From Eutreptiella sp. 'Long Island Sound 2002' (taxonomy: Eukaryota; Protista; Euglenida): DNA of 64,000 nucleotides. Positions 31,401 to 44,009 of this stretch are shown here, piece after piece. The DNA lies in assembly GCA_964036045.1 (NCBI GenBank), contig OZ038379.1, positions 5,890,001 to 5,954,000 on the forward strand, read 5' to 3'. The notes under the pieces were generated by a model. It searched no databases. It was given only the letters and a program-made list of their open reading frames with translations, and was not told where the DNA came from. The stretch's first letter is position 1. Each line of letters opens with the position of its first letter. A program made the position numbers and the translations under genes.

Positions 31401-34400
31401 GTCTCTTCCTGCCTTGCATTTGTTTGAAACTAACCGATCGCATGCGGTGGTGAAGGTTGCGCGCCCGTTACCATCTTTTCTCCAACCGTTGGCCGGTTGG
31501 CCCGCCTGTGGTTCCTCTATCCCTTCCCACATGCCACAGGTGTGGAATGCCACCCCAGCGCGCCTGAACCCTGCGTGTGGTATTTTATTCCCTCCCTGTT
31601 GTTGCTCCAGCTAGTTATAAATTACCTTTAGCGGCGCTGCCGCCAGTTGCGTGTGGCCGGTGGTGCTTTGTATCCACTGGCGCTGTGGTTTCCACGCCAG
31701 TTTACCACCCTCACACCCTCTTCTCCTCCTATTGTATGTTTCTCCCTGCTCTGTTTGAAACTAAACAGCAACTGAAGGGGACAGGCCGAATGAGTGCCAT
31801 GCTATGCAGCCCAGTCAGTTTGCAAGTAGTACAATGAATGCAGTCCACACCTTATGGACGACTGCTATTTTATTGATCCTGGTTGTTCTTTAGAGTCGGC
31901 AGAAAGGACAGGCACTCAAGTGACCCGCAGAGCTAACCGCAAAAAACGCTTCCCTGTACTTTACATAACGGAGCACCCCAACCCAGAAGGGGACACGTGC
32001 ATTGATTGGACTTCGCAGTACTGCTGGACTAATGGCTGGAATTGTCTATGGCGGGGACATTCAGTCTATCGGAACCGACCATTGATCCCCCCTTTCTTGC
32101 ACTTTGCTGCGGCCGGAGAGCATCGGCGGCCGTGGCAGTTCCTAACCGGGGCCGCGCGCTCCCGCCCGTCATTTGGATTTCCGGTTTTCCTGTGCCCTGT
32201 CTGGAGGGCAGCGGAGCTTGGGCACCCAGCAATACCCCAGCTTGGCTTCGCTGCCTCTCTCTCTCTTTCCACTGTGTGCAGTATATTTCCCCCAGGTTCC
32301 CCCGAGCCCCCCAAAGACCCAGGGTGGCGGCACTGCCTCTCCTGTCCGATGTATCAGGTTTTGCGCATGCGCTACCGCCCGTCAGATGGGTGCTCGTCTT
32401 ATACCGTGGCCTTGTCTTGCAGGCAGGGTGGATCCAGGGAACGTGCTGGGCCACGTGGCGCTGAACTGCGCTGTTGTCCCGGCCTTGCACCGCTTCGGTC
32501 CGTATAAACATTATTGTCTCTTCCTGCCTTGCATTTGTTTGAAACTAACCGATCGCATGCGGTGGTGAAGGTTGCGCGCCCGTTACCATCTTTTCTCCAA
32601 CCGTTGGCCGGTTGGCCCGCCTGTGGTTCCTCTATCCCTTCCCACATGCCACAGGTGTGGAATGCCACCCCAGCGCGCCTGAACCCTGCGTGTGGTATTT
32701 TATTCCCTCCCTGTTGTTGCTCCAGCTAGTTATAAATTACCTTTAGCGGCGCTGCCGCCAGTTGCGTGTGGCCGGTGGTGCTTTGTATCCACTGGCGCTG
32801 TGGTTTCCACGCCAGTTTACCACCCTCACACCCTCTTCTCCTCCTATTGTATGTTTCTCCCTGCTCTGTTTGAAACTAAACAGCAACTGAAGGGGACAGG
32901 CCGAATGAGTGCCATGCTATGCAGCCCAGTCAGTTTGCAAGTAGTACAATGAATGCAGTCCACACCTTATGGACGACTGCTATTTTATTGATCCTGGTTG
33001 TTCTTTAGAGTCGGCAGAAAGGACAGGCACTCAAGTGACCCGCAGAGCTAACCGCAAAAAACGCTTCCCTGTACTTTACATAACGGAGCACCCCAACCCA
33101 GAAGGGGACACGTGCATTGATTGGACTTCGCAGTACTGCTGGACTAATGGCTGGAATTGTCTATGGCGGGGACATTCAGTCTATCGGAACCGACCATTGA
33201 TCCCCCCTTTCTTGCACTTTGCTGCGGCCGGAGAGCATCGGCGGCCGTGGCAGTTCCTAACCGGGGCCGCGCGCTCCCGCCCGTCATTTGGATTTCCGGT
33301 TTTCCTGTGCCCTGTCTGGAGGGCAGCGGAGCTTGGGCACCCAGCAATACCCCAGCTTGGCTTCGCTGCCTCTCTCTCTCTTTCCACTGTGTGCAGTATA
33401 TTTCCCCCAGGTTCCCCCGAGCCCCCCAAAGACCCAGGGTGGCGGCACTGCCTCTCCTGTCCGATGTATCAGGTTTTGCGCATGCGCTACCGCCCGTCAG
33501 ATGGGTGCTCGTCTTATACCGTGGCTTTGTCTTGCAGGCAGGGTGGATCCAGGGAACGTGCTGGGCCACGTGGCGCTGAACTGCGCTGTTGTCCCGGCCT
33601 TGCACCGCTTCGGTCCGTATAAACATTATTGTCTCTTGCATTTGTTTGAAACTAACCGATCGCATGCGGTGGTGAAGGTTGCGCGCCCGTTACCATCTTT
33701 TCTCCAACCGTTGGCCGGTTGGCCCGCCTGTGGTTCCTCTATCCCTTCCCACATGCCACAGGTGTGGAATGCCACCCCAGCGCGCCTGAACCCTGCGTGT
33801 GGTATTTTATTCCCTCCCTGTTGTTGCTCCAGCTAGTTATAAATTACCTTTAGCGGCGCTGCCGCCAGTTGCGTGTGGCCGGTGGTGCTTTGTATCCACT
33901 GGCGCTGTGGTTTCCACGCCAGTTTACCACCCTCACACCCTCTTCTCCTCCTATTGTATGTTTCTCCCTGCTCTGTTTGAAACTAAACAGCAACTGAAGG
34001 GGACAGGCCGAATGAGTGCCATGCTATGCAGCCCAGTCAGTTTGCAAGTAGTACAATGAATGCAGTCCACACCTTATGGACGACTGCTATTTTATTGATC
34101 CTGGTTGTTCTTTAGAGTCGGCAGAAAGGACAAGCACTCAAGTGACCCGCAGAGCTAACCGCAAAAAACGCTTCACTGTACTTTACATAGTGGAGCACCC
34201 CAACCCAGAAGGGGACACGTGCATTGATTGGACTTCGCAGTACTGCTGGACTAATGGCTGGAATTGTCTATGGCGGGGACATTCAGTCTATCGGAACCGA
34301 CCATTGATCCCCCCTTTCTTGCACTTTGCTGCGGCCGGAGGGCATCGGCGGCCGTGGCAGTTCCTAACCGGGGCCGCGCGCTCCCGCCCGTCATTTGGAT

Positions 34401-37400
34401 TTCCGGTTTTCCTGTGCCCTGTCTGGAGGGCAGCGGAGCTTGGGCACCCAGCAATACCCCAGCTTGGCTTCGCTGCCTCTCTCTCTCTTTCCACTGTGTG
34501 CAGTATATTTCCCCCAGGTTCCCCCGAGCCCCCCAAAGACCCAGGGTGGCGGCACTGCCTCTCCTGTCCGATGTATCAGGTTTTGCGCATGCGCTACCGC
34601 CCGTCAGATGGGTGCTCGTCTTATACCGTGGCCTTGTCTTGCAGGCAGGGTGGATCCAGGGAACGTGCTGGGCCACGTGGCGCTGAACTGCGCTGTTGTC
34701 CCGGCCTTGCACCGCTTCGGTCCGTATAAACATTATTGTCCCCTCCTGCCTTGCATTTGTTTGAAACTAACCGATCGCATGCGGTGGTGAAGGTTGCGCG
34801 CCCGTTACCATCTTTTCTCCAACCGTTGGCCGGTTGGCCCGCCTGTGGTTCCTCTATCCCTTCCCACATGCCACAGGTGTGGAATGCCACCCCAGCGCGC
34901 CTGAACCCTGCGTGTGGTATTTTATTCCCTCCCTGTTGTTGCTCCAGCTAGTTATAATTGTATATATTATACATTGTATATATTATTATAATATAGTTGG
35001 GCTGCATAGCATGGCACTCATTCGGCCTGTCCCCTTCAGTTGCTGTTTAGTTTCAAACAGAGCAGGGAGAAACATACAATAGGAGGAGAAGAGGGTGTGA
35101 GGGTGGTAAACTGGCGTGGAAACCACAGCGCCAGTGGATACAAAGCACCACCGGCCACACGCAACTGGCGGCAGCGCCGCTAAAGGTAATTTATAACCCA
35201 GTTAGTTTGCAAGTAGTACAATGAATGCAGTCCACACCTTATGGACGACTGCTATTTTATTGATCCTGGTTGTTCTTTAGAGTCGGCAGAAAGGACAAGC
35301 ACTCAAGTGACCCGCAGAGCTAACCGCAAAAAACGCTTCACTGTACTTTACATAGTGGAGCACCCCAACCAAGAAGGGGGCACGTGCATTGATTGGACTT
35401 CGCAGTACTGCTGGACTAATGGCTGGAATTGTCTATGGCGGGGACATTCAGTCTATCGGAACCGACCATTGATCCCCCCTTTCTTGCACTTTGCTGCGGC
35501 CGGAGAGCATCGGCGGCCGTGGCAGTTCCTAACCGGGGCCGCGCGCTCCCGCCCGTCATTTGGATTTCCGGTTTTCCTGTGCCCTGTCTGGAGGGCAGCG
35601 GAGCTTGGGCACCCAGCAATACCCCAGCTTGGCTTCGCTGCCTCTCTCTCTCTTTCCACTGTGTGCAGTATATTTCCCCCAGGTTCCCCCGAGCCCCCCA
35701 AAGACCCAGGGTGGCGGCACTGCCTCTCCTGTCCGATGTATCAGGTTTTGCGCATGCGCTACCGCCCGTCAGATGGGTGCTCGTCTTATACCGTGGCTTT
35801 GTCTTGCAGGCAGGGTGGATCCAGGGAACGTGCTGGGCCACGTGGCGCTGAACTGCGCTGTTGTCCCGGCCTTGCACCGCTTCGGTCCGTATAAACATTA
35901 TTGTCCCCTCCTGCCTTGCATTTGTTTGAAACTAACCGATCGCATGCGGTGGTGAAGGTTGCGCGCCCGTTACCATCTTTTCTCCAACCGTTGGCCGGTT
36001 GGCCCGCCTGTGGTTCCTCTATCCCTTCCCACATGCCACAGGTGTGGAATGCCACCCCAGCGCGCCTGAACCCTGCGTGTGGTATTTTATTCCCTCCCTG
36101 TTGTTGCTCCAGCTAGTTATAAATTACCTTTAGCGGCGCTGCCGCCAGTTGCGTGTGGCCGGTGGTGCTTTGTATCCACTGGCGCTGTGGTTTCCACGCC
36201 AGTTTACCACCCTCACACCCTCTTCTCCTCCTATTGTATGTTTCTCCCTGCTCTGTTTGAAACTAAACAGCAACTGAAGGGGACAGGCCGAATGAGTGCC
36301 ATGCTATGCAGCCCAGTCAGTTTGCAAGTAGTACAATGAATGCAGTCCACACCTTATGGACGACTGCTATTTTTTTGATCCTGGTTGTTCTTTAGAGTCG
36401 GCAGAAAGGACAAGCACTCAAGTGACCCGCAGAGCTAACCGCAAAAAACGCTTCACTGTACTTTACATAGTGGAGCACCCCAACCCAGAAGGGGACACGT
36501 GCATTGATTGGACTTCGCAGTACTGCTGGACTAATGGCTGGAATTGTCTATGGCGGGGACATTCAGTCTATCGGAACCGACCATTGATCCCCCCTTTCTT
36601 GCACTTTGCTGCGGCCGGAGAGCATCGGCGGCCGTGGCAGTTCCTAACCGGGGCCGCGCGCTCCCGCCCGTCATTTGGATTTCCGGTTTTCCTGTGCCCT
36701 GTCTGGAGGGCAGCGGAGCTTGGGCACCCAGCAATACCCCAGCTTGGCTTCGCTGCCTCTCTCTCTCTTTCCACTGTGTGCAGTATATTTCCCCCAGGTT
36801 CCCCCGAGCCCCCCAAAGACCCAGGGTGGCGGCACTGCCTCTCCTGTCCGATGTATCAGGTTTTGCGCATGCGCTACCGCCCGTCAGATGGGTGCTCGTC
36901 TTATACCGTGGCCTTGTCTTGCAGGCAGGGTGGATCCAGGGAACGTGCTGGGCCACGTGGCGCTGAACTGCGCTGTTGTCCCGGCCTTGCACCGCTTCGG
37001 TCCGTATAAACATTATTGTCCCCTCCTGCCTTGCATTTGTTTGAAACTAACCGATCGCATGCGGTGGTGAAGGTTGCGCGCCCGTTACCATCTTTTCTCC
37101 AACCGTTGGCCGGTTGGCCCGCCTGTGGTTCCTCTATCCCTTCCCACATGCCACAGGTGTGGAATGCCACCCCAGCGCGCCTGAACCCTGCGTGTGGTAT
37201 TTTATTCCCTCCCTGTTGTTGCTCCAGCTAGTTATAATTGTATATATTATACATTGTATATATTATTATAATATAGTTGGGCTGCATAGCATGGCACTCA
37301 TTCGGCCTGTCCCCTTCAGTTGCTGTTTAGTTTCAAACAGAGCAGGGAGAAACATACAATAGGAGGAGAAGATGGTGTGAGGGTGGTAAACTGGCGTGGA

Positions 37401-38435
37401 AACCACAGCGCCAGTGGATACAAAGCACCACCGGCCACACGCAACTGGCGGCAGCGCCGCTAAAGGTAATTTATAACCCAGTTAGTTTGCAAGTAGTACA
37501 ATGAATGCAGTCCACACCTTATGGACGACTGCTATTTTATTGATCCTGGTTGTTCTTTAGAGTCGGCAGAAAGGACAAGCACTCAAGTGACCCGCAGAGC
37601 TAACCGCAAAAAACGCTTCACTGTACTTTACATAGTGGAGCACCCCAACCAAGAAGGGGGCACGTGCATTGATTGGACTTCGCAGTACTGCTGGACTAAT
37701 GGCTGGAATTGTCTATGGCGGGGACATTCAGTCTATCGGAACCGACCATTGATCCCCCCTTTCTTGCACTTTGCTGCGGCCGGAGAGCATCGGCGGCCGT
37801 GGCAGTTCCTAACCGGGGCCGCGCGCTCCCGCCCGTCATTTGGATTTCCGGTTTTCCTGTGCCCTGTCTGGAGGGCAGCGGAGCTTGGGCACCCAGCAAT
37901 ACCCCAGCTTGGCTTCGCTGCCTCTCTCTCTCTTTCCACTGTGTGCAGTATATTTCCCCCAGGTTCCCCCGAGCCCCCCAAAGACCCAGGGTGGCGGCAC
38001 TGCCTCTCCTGTCCGATGTATCAGGTTTTGCGCATGCGCTACCGCCCGTCAGATGGGTGCTCGTCTTATACCGTGGCCTTGTCTTGCAGGCAGGGTGGAT
38101 CCAGGGAACGTGCTGGGCCACGTGGCGCTGAACTGCGCTGTTGTCCCGGCCTTGCACCGCTTCGGTCCGTATAAACATTATTGTCTCTTGCATTTGTTTG
38201 AAACTAACCGATCGCATGCGGTGGTGAAGGTTGCGCGCCCGTTACCATCTTTTCTCCAACCGTTGGCCGGTTGGCCCGCCTGTGGTTCCTCTATCCCTTC
38301 CCACATGCCACAGGTGTGGAATGCCACCCCAGCGCGCCTGAACCCTGCGTGTGGTATTTTATTCCCTCCCTGTTGTTGCTCCAGCTAGTTATAAATTACC
38401 TTTAGCGGCGCTGCCGCCAGTTGCGTGTGGCCGGT
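25247..38435 (+). repeat. Tandem array of ~1115-bp units (11 full plus 1 partial)
   Basis: Unit starts (ccgcaaaaaa) at 25247, 26362, 27477, 28592, 29707, 30822, 31937, 33052, 34159, 35324, 36439, 37604; units near-identical. Confidence 0.97.
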
Positions 38436-39614
38436 CGTGACAGGGTGTGACAGGGCGGGGCCGCGCGCTCCCGCCCGTCAGATGGTTGTTCGACTTATAC
38501 TGTGCCCGTGTCTTGAGGGCAGGGAGGATCCAGAGATCCAGCCAAACCGGACGGTGAAAGTGATTAATTCGGCCCAACAGTGTTGTGCATGTTGTCTCTT
38601 GCATGTGAGCTGAATTCCCCACAGAAGCGTAGGTACGCACATGTGCAGGTCGAAGCATGCTGCGGCATGCCGCAGCATGCCGCAGCATGCCGCAGCACAA
38701 GAGATTTTTCCGAGGGACTGCACATGCTTGCCTGGGGCCACGGAGCTGGATCAGGAGATGGGGGGTGTGCCAAGAAAGGTGTGCCCCTGGAGCTGCGCGT
38801 TCTGCTGATCGTCGTGCCTCGCAGTCTGTTCTTGAGCACGGGGGACGACGTGGCCGAGCCCGTCGCGCGTGTCCGTCCATAGCGTGTCCATAGCGTGTCC
38901 TTCACTCGCGGGGCTGTGGCGATGCTGATACCCCATATAGAGGAAAGGCATTGCTGTAGCCGCACGCGTCCTGTAGATGTTTGAAAGTTCAGGCTGCCCA
39001 GCGCAGGAAATCCGCGCAGTCCGCCTGGTGATGCCATCCGGGATTCACTTTCTTCTACAAGAACCCTGCAAAGGTGGCTTTGCCATGGACGAGGCTGTAA
39101 GATCTTGTCCCCACACATGCTGTCAGGTTTTGATGCTGTTTCTGCAAAGTTTATCTGCCTGTCAGATTTTCTTTTCTTTTCCCTCACCACTCTCTCTGCA
39201 TTCTCCCGATTTGCCTTTCGAAAGGGCAGTGAGCTGGCCAATGAAGTTCTTCTCGCAACTCGCAACAAAGAAACTTTCCAGATTCGCCAGTCTGGATTAT
39301 GAAAGCAGTGCTTAGCCACAGAAAAGTTTCAAAGGGCTGAACAGGCCTCCATTTGTGACTGAAGGGCATTAGCAGATGGTACCCCACCCTGTAAGCCCAA
39401 ACGAGTTGCGGTGACCACACTTTTGCAGTTGCATTCCAACCCCTATATATGTATGTATATGTACATATACATACATATATTACTACACCCCTCTCCACTT
39501 AAATCTAGCTAACAAGCAAGCAAGCAAGCAACAAGCAACAAGCAAGCACTTCACCTTTTCGTTTTGGCCATTCCTCGGCCTCATCGCTCCGGGCTCTACT
39601 CTACCCTAGCCATC

Positions 39615-40610
39615 CTAGAGCCTAGGTGGAGGCCTTGCCAAATCTAAGTTTTGAGCCAAAAAATCACCGGTGGTGCCCCGGGCCGGGGGCGCTACGTCGG
39701 GAGGTGCCCTCCCAAAACTGCGCATTTTGTGCCCCACAACAGCCTTTTTTTTTGGCCCAAAACGGCCCCGAAACCCAGTCAAAACGGCCAAATGAAGGCA
39801 AGCTGTTGCAACATTCCACGTGCGCCTCGATTGCCCCGTAACCAAGAGCCCTTTCTTGCCCTCTAGCTCCACGATATGTCCGAGAAACGGCCCAAAAAAT
39901 GGCCAAAAATGGCCTAAATGTGCGCTGTTTGTGCCAAACAGGCCCGAAACCAAGAACGGGCTGTATCTTGGGCTACGTGGCTCAAAGCCGAATTCCAGGG
40001 GCACCTTGTCCACCCGCAACCACCCACTTTGTGTGGTTTCCAAGCCTCAGAATGGCCCAGCGAGACTCGTAGACCCCCGTACCAGTGGTGACTTGGTGCA
40101 GCCGGAGGGCAACCCAGCCCGCGCACAGTTGGGGCCAACGGTTGGTCCACCGGGGTTCCCGGGGCGAAAAAAATGTTTTTTTTTCAAAGTTGGTCCTAGA
40201 CCACTTGGGATGCTCAAACAAGTGTTTTTAGGCCGTTTTGAGCCCGTGGTGGCGCATTTTGGGCCATGGAAAATCCCAAAATGCCTTAAAAATGGGCCGT
40301 TTCAAGACCAAAAATGGGTCAAAAATGAATCAAAAACGCATTTTTCCAAAAGTGATCTTGGACCATTTGGGGCGCTCAAACAAGTGTTTTTTTTGCCAAT
40401 TTTGAGCCCGTGGGGTCGCATTTTTCCGCATGAAAAATCCCAAAATGCCTTGAAAATGGGTCGTTTTGGGACCAAAAATGGGTCCAAAAATGGGTCAAAA
40501 ACGTGTTTTTCCATAAGTGATCCCGGACCATTTGGGATGCTCAGACAAGTGTTTTTAGCCCATTTTGAGCCCATTGGGACGGGTTTTGGCCCATGCAAAA
40601 TCCCAATATG
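39615..40610 (+). repeat. Dispersed repeat family with ~162-165-bp internal subunits
   Basis: gacca(c/t)ttggg...caagtgtttt subunits at 40199, 40361, 40526; opposite-strand relative at 63430-64000. Confidence 0.75.
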
Positions 40611-41369
40611 AGGGGAGCAGACGAAGAGGAGAGCCGCCGCCATGATGCTTAGACGGGTTGGGACAGAAACCCCCCTCTCGGTCGCGGTCAGACCGGTGAG
40701 GGCCGGGGGGCACCATGGGGATGTGCCGCGGGGGCGCCCTACCGGGGGACCGCATCTCCTCCTCCTCCTCACCGTCACTTTGATGTGCTTTTGACACAGG
40801 GTTGTTGTGTTGTGCTTTATTGTTCTTTGTGTGCTACTCCCCACCATCATAGTTTACTCATTCAGACACAAATGTATGCCACAAGCAATCATGTCTGGTA
40901 CCACTCTCGTAGCAGGGGTGCCCCACTGTTGGCAACTGTCAGTGGGCCCTCACCCTCTAGGCGTGAGTTCCTCCACATTCAATACCGGGGCATTGGTCAA
41001 TGTTGTGGACCATCCTACAACCAAGTAATCTCGGTTAAAGGCAATGCAAGCATCATCTCCAAGGTGTCATCTCTTGTATCACCATGTATCACCACAATCT
41101 CCGAACCGCTCTTCGCAACCTTCACTTGTAGCTTCACCACAAGCACCTCCACCCACACTAGAGGCACCCATACCCAAACTTGCACCCAAGCGTGGTGTAA
41201 AACCGGACCCTCCAAACGTTGTGAATCCCCGTCAAAATCTTCCGAAGGTTCCAATTTTGATTCTCATTTTGATTCTAATTTTCATTTTGATTCTGATTCT
41301 GTTTCTCATGATGACTCCGAAAGTGATGCACTATCGGTGCCTTCCTGTTGTGATGGTGATTCACACGCG

Positions 41370-41422
41370 GAGGAGGAGAAGGAGGAGGAGGAGGAGGAGG
41401 AGGAGGAGGAGGAGGAGGAGGA
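41370..41422 (+). repeat. (GAG)n microsatellite
   Basis: Direct triplet run. Confidence 0.9.
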
Positions 41423-44009
41423 TGAGACTGAGGTAGGGGTGGTATGGGCAAAGGCTGTGTGTGGGGCTTGGGGACAAGGTCACGTGTTTGATGGCAAGTT
41501 GTATTTGACCCGTGATATTTGCAAAGACGACCATTTTCCCAAGCATGCTATGCACACCCCCAGGCATCTCACCGGCAGAGGAGGAGGTAAGAAGAGCGCC
41601 ACCTTGTTCGCGGCTGACTACTTTCCAGCACACCGCAACCCTGGAGCTCCCCCCACGCGGCCCTACCGGTTGCTCTGACCTGCCAAGCAGGCGGCCCCGC
41701 CTCCACCTGATGTAGCTGTGGGCTCGAGTCACCAAGCGGCACTGCCGGCGGGGCGAACGGCAGCGCCCAGCGATTTGTCTCAGCGCGTAGATGCGCTAAC
41801 CCCCCCGGATGCACCTCTGAGTTGGGCCCCGCTGTCGCCGTCACCCCCAATGCAGATGGAGTACACCTCGGAGGAAGGGCCCTCTACCCCGGAGGTCTTC
41901 TCCTCGTCGTCCTCATGGGAATCTGAGCCCATCAACAACGGGGGACACTACCGACGAGCGACTACGGGGCCCAGATGCGGCCCCGCGCGGTCTGCACCGC
42001 CACGCGCAGTGCCCCGCACACGCGCTCCCAGGGCCCGATCCGTTCACCGGTCAGGGAACCCGGCGCTGAGGAAGTCACGGCGTAAGGCGCCTCCTGTGCG
42101 GGCGCCCCGGGGGGTCAAAAGGCGGCAGTCAGTCACGGAAGGGCCGGGGAGCCCACGACGCAAGCGACCCCAGCTGCAGCAAGGGGATGCGCAGTCACAT
42201 ACGGCCCTGGAGGCCCCAGACCGTCACGGGAGCCCAGCCGGAGCTCCCCTTCCCATGTCCCGGCATGCGCTCTCGTACCTACAGCTCACAGGAGCCATCA
42301 CTCCTGAGCGGGCGTCACGCATAGTGGTGGTAAGCACCCCAAAGGGGCAGCGCACCCCACTACCGACACGGAGCCCGGAGCAGCCTCCAAACGAAAAGGG
42401 ACGCGACATCCCACAGGGGATAGCAAGGATGTTGCAGCAGATCCGAACGCCGCAAGCACGGCCACAACCGCTACCGCCCAGAAGGGAAACACGGCCCAGC
42501 GCGCGGACTTCCCGCGCCGCCGCCCTGCCCACCGGCCCTCCGGCGGGGTTCAACATAATTAGCACCCCGTCTCCGCGGGTGCTGAGTAGGCCAGGGCAAT
42601 ACTCGCCGTCTCCGGCATGGTCGCCGGCGGTGACTTCCAGCTGGCACTCAGTGCGGCACGTGTCCCCGGAACATTGGTCGCCCGCATGCACACCGGGGGG
42701 GGGGGGGGGGGCTAACCGACAGCAGGACTCACCTCACCTGCCCCCCGTCCTGCTGACTATGCTGGTTATGACCATGCGCCTGTGACACGGGGGCGTATGC
42801 GAGCCCAATATCCGTTGCCTCATGGCCCCCGTCCTGCTGGCGCCCCTATTTGAGAGCGCCATGTCTACCCTGCGAAGGGACAGCACTCAGAGTGCGTCTG
42901 ATGAGGACGTGCAACAATACGCAGTCCGGTGTTCTGCCCCCCCCCGACCTGCCCCCCACCCTGCTGGCGCCACTTTTTGAAAGTGTGATGTCTGCCCCAC
43001 GAGCGGGCAGCACTCATCGTGAGTGCGATGAGGACATGGGTCAGTACTCTGTCCCACCCTCCGTGGGGGAGTGCCCCCCTAACCCCTTTACCTTTCCCTC
43101 TCTTCGCGGAGCACAGCGTCTCTGCACGGAATTGCCTGGCATGGCCCGACAGGGCCAGGGGTGGGTTCGTGATCCCCATGCACGACACTCCACCATGCTG
43201 TACAACATGCAGGAGAGTACTCTGTCTCCCAACAGTGCGGCAGGGCTCATGAAGCATGGACGGGCCTCACGTGAGGCAACCTAAAGGACGGAGGGAGGAG
43301 CCTCTTGTCATACAGGGCGGCAGCTCTCCAAAAACCCGCGCGACTTGCCCCTTGGGTGAGTTTGGGAGCTGGAATGGGTGGAAGCCCCATGGACTATTGC
43401 TCCTTAATATGATTTCCTTCCGACCATTTTCCCAAGCAATTGAAGGTGCCTGCACGGTCCAAGCCAGCCAAGCTAGCCCCCAAAAGGGTTGCCAAGCGGG
43501 GTGCAGTGTCCAATGCAGCCTCAATGTCTAATCCTCTGCCTACCCCTGAAATGCCCAATGAGCATGTCCAAGAGTTCGAGGTCGTTTGAACTCAAAAGAA
43601 AAAAGCTCCATATAGTGCCCGTGGAACGGGCATGTGCATAGTAATAACAGTGCCTGTGGAGGGGGCACTTAGAAAAATAACATCGATGTTTCAGTTGGAT
43701 GGGTGCCACCCGTGTTGGGCATGCGGTGTTCCAATTATCAAGTGGTACGGTTTTGTGGTGCACCCCCCCCCCCCCCCCCTCCCCAATGACACTGTGACAC
43801 TGTGACACGGGGGCGTATGCGAGCCCAGTTTCCGTTGCCTCATGGCCCCCTCCCCAATGCCAATTAGTCAGCAACCACCTGGTGTGGTACAGAACTGGTC
43901 TGCGCTACAGTGCAGCAAGAAAAACACTGAACAATGTGGTTATGACCATGCGCCTGTGACACGGGGGCGTATGCGAGCCCAGTATCCGTTGCCTCATGGC
44001 CCAATGCCA

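Noticed and set aside
25247-38435. CRISPR array, SL-RNA/5S cluster or snoRNA cluster
   Set aside because: Units are near-identical with no unique spacers; I found no SL exon, 5S sequence or box C (TGATGA) motif in the unit.
38977-38992. Right hAT TIR matching CAGAACCTTCAAACAT at 6504 (14/16)
   Set aside because: The terminal CTG is not preserved, the 8-bp flanks differ (ggtaggta vs gctgccca), and it lies in what looks like an unrelated minus-strand fragment.
40785-41678. 297-aa ORF with poly-Glu and a weak PWWP-like VWAK segment
   Set aside because: Low complexity, driven by a (GAG)n microsatellite, with no complete motif.
41718-42785. 355-aa Pro/Arg-rich ORF as ORF1 of the decayed LINE
   Set aside because: Position is plausible but there is no diagnostic motif, and it is interrupted by unrelated repeats.
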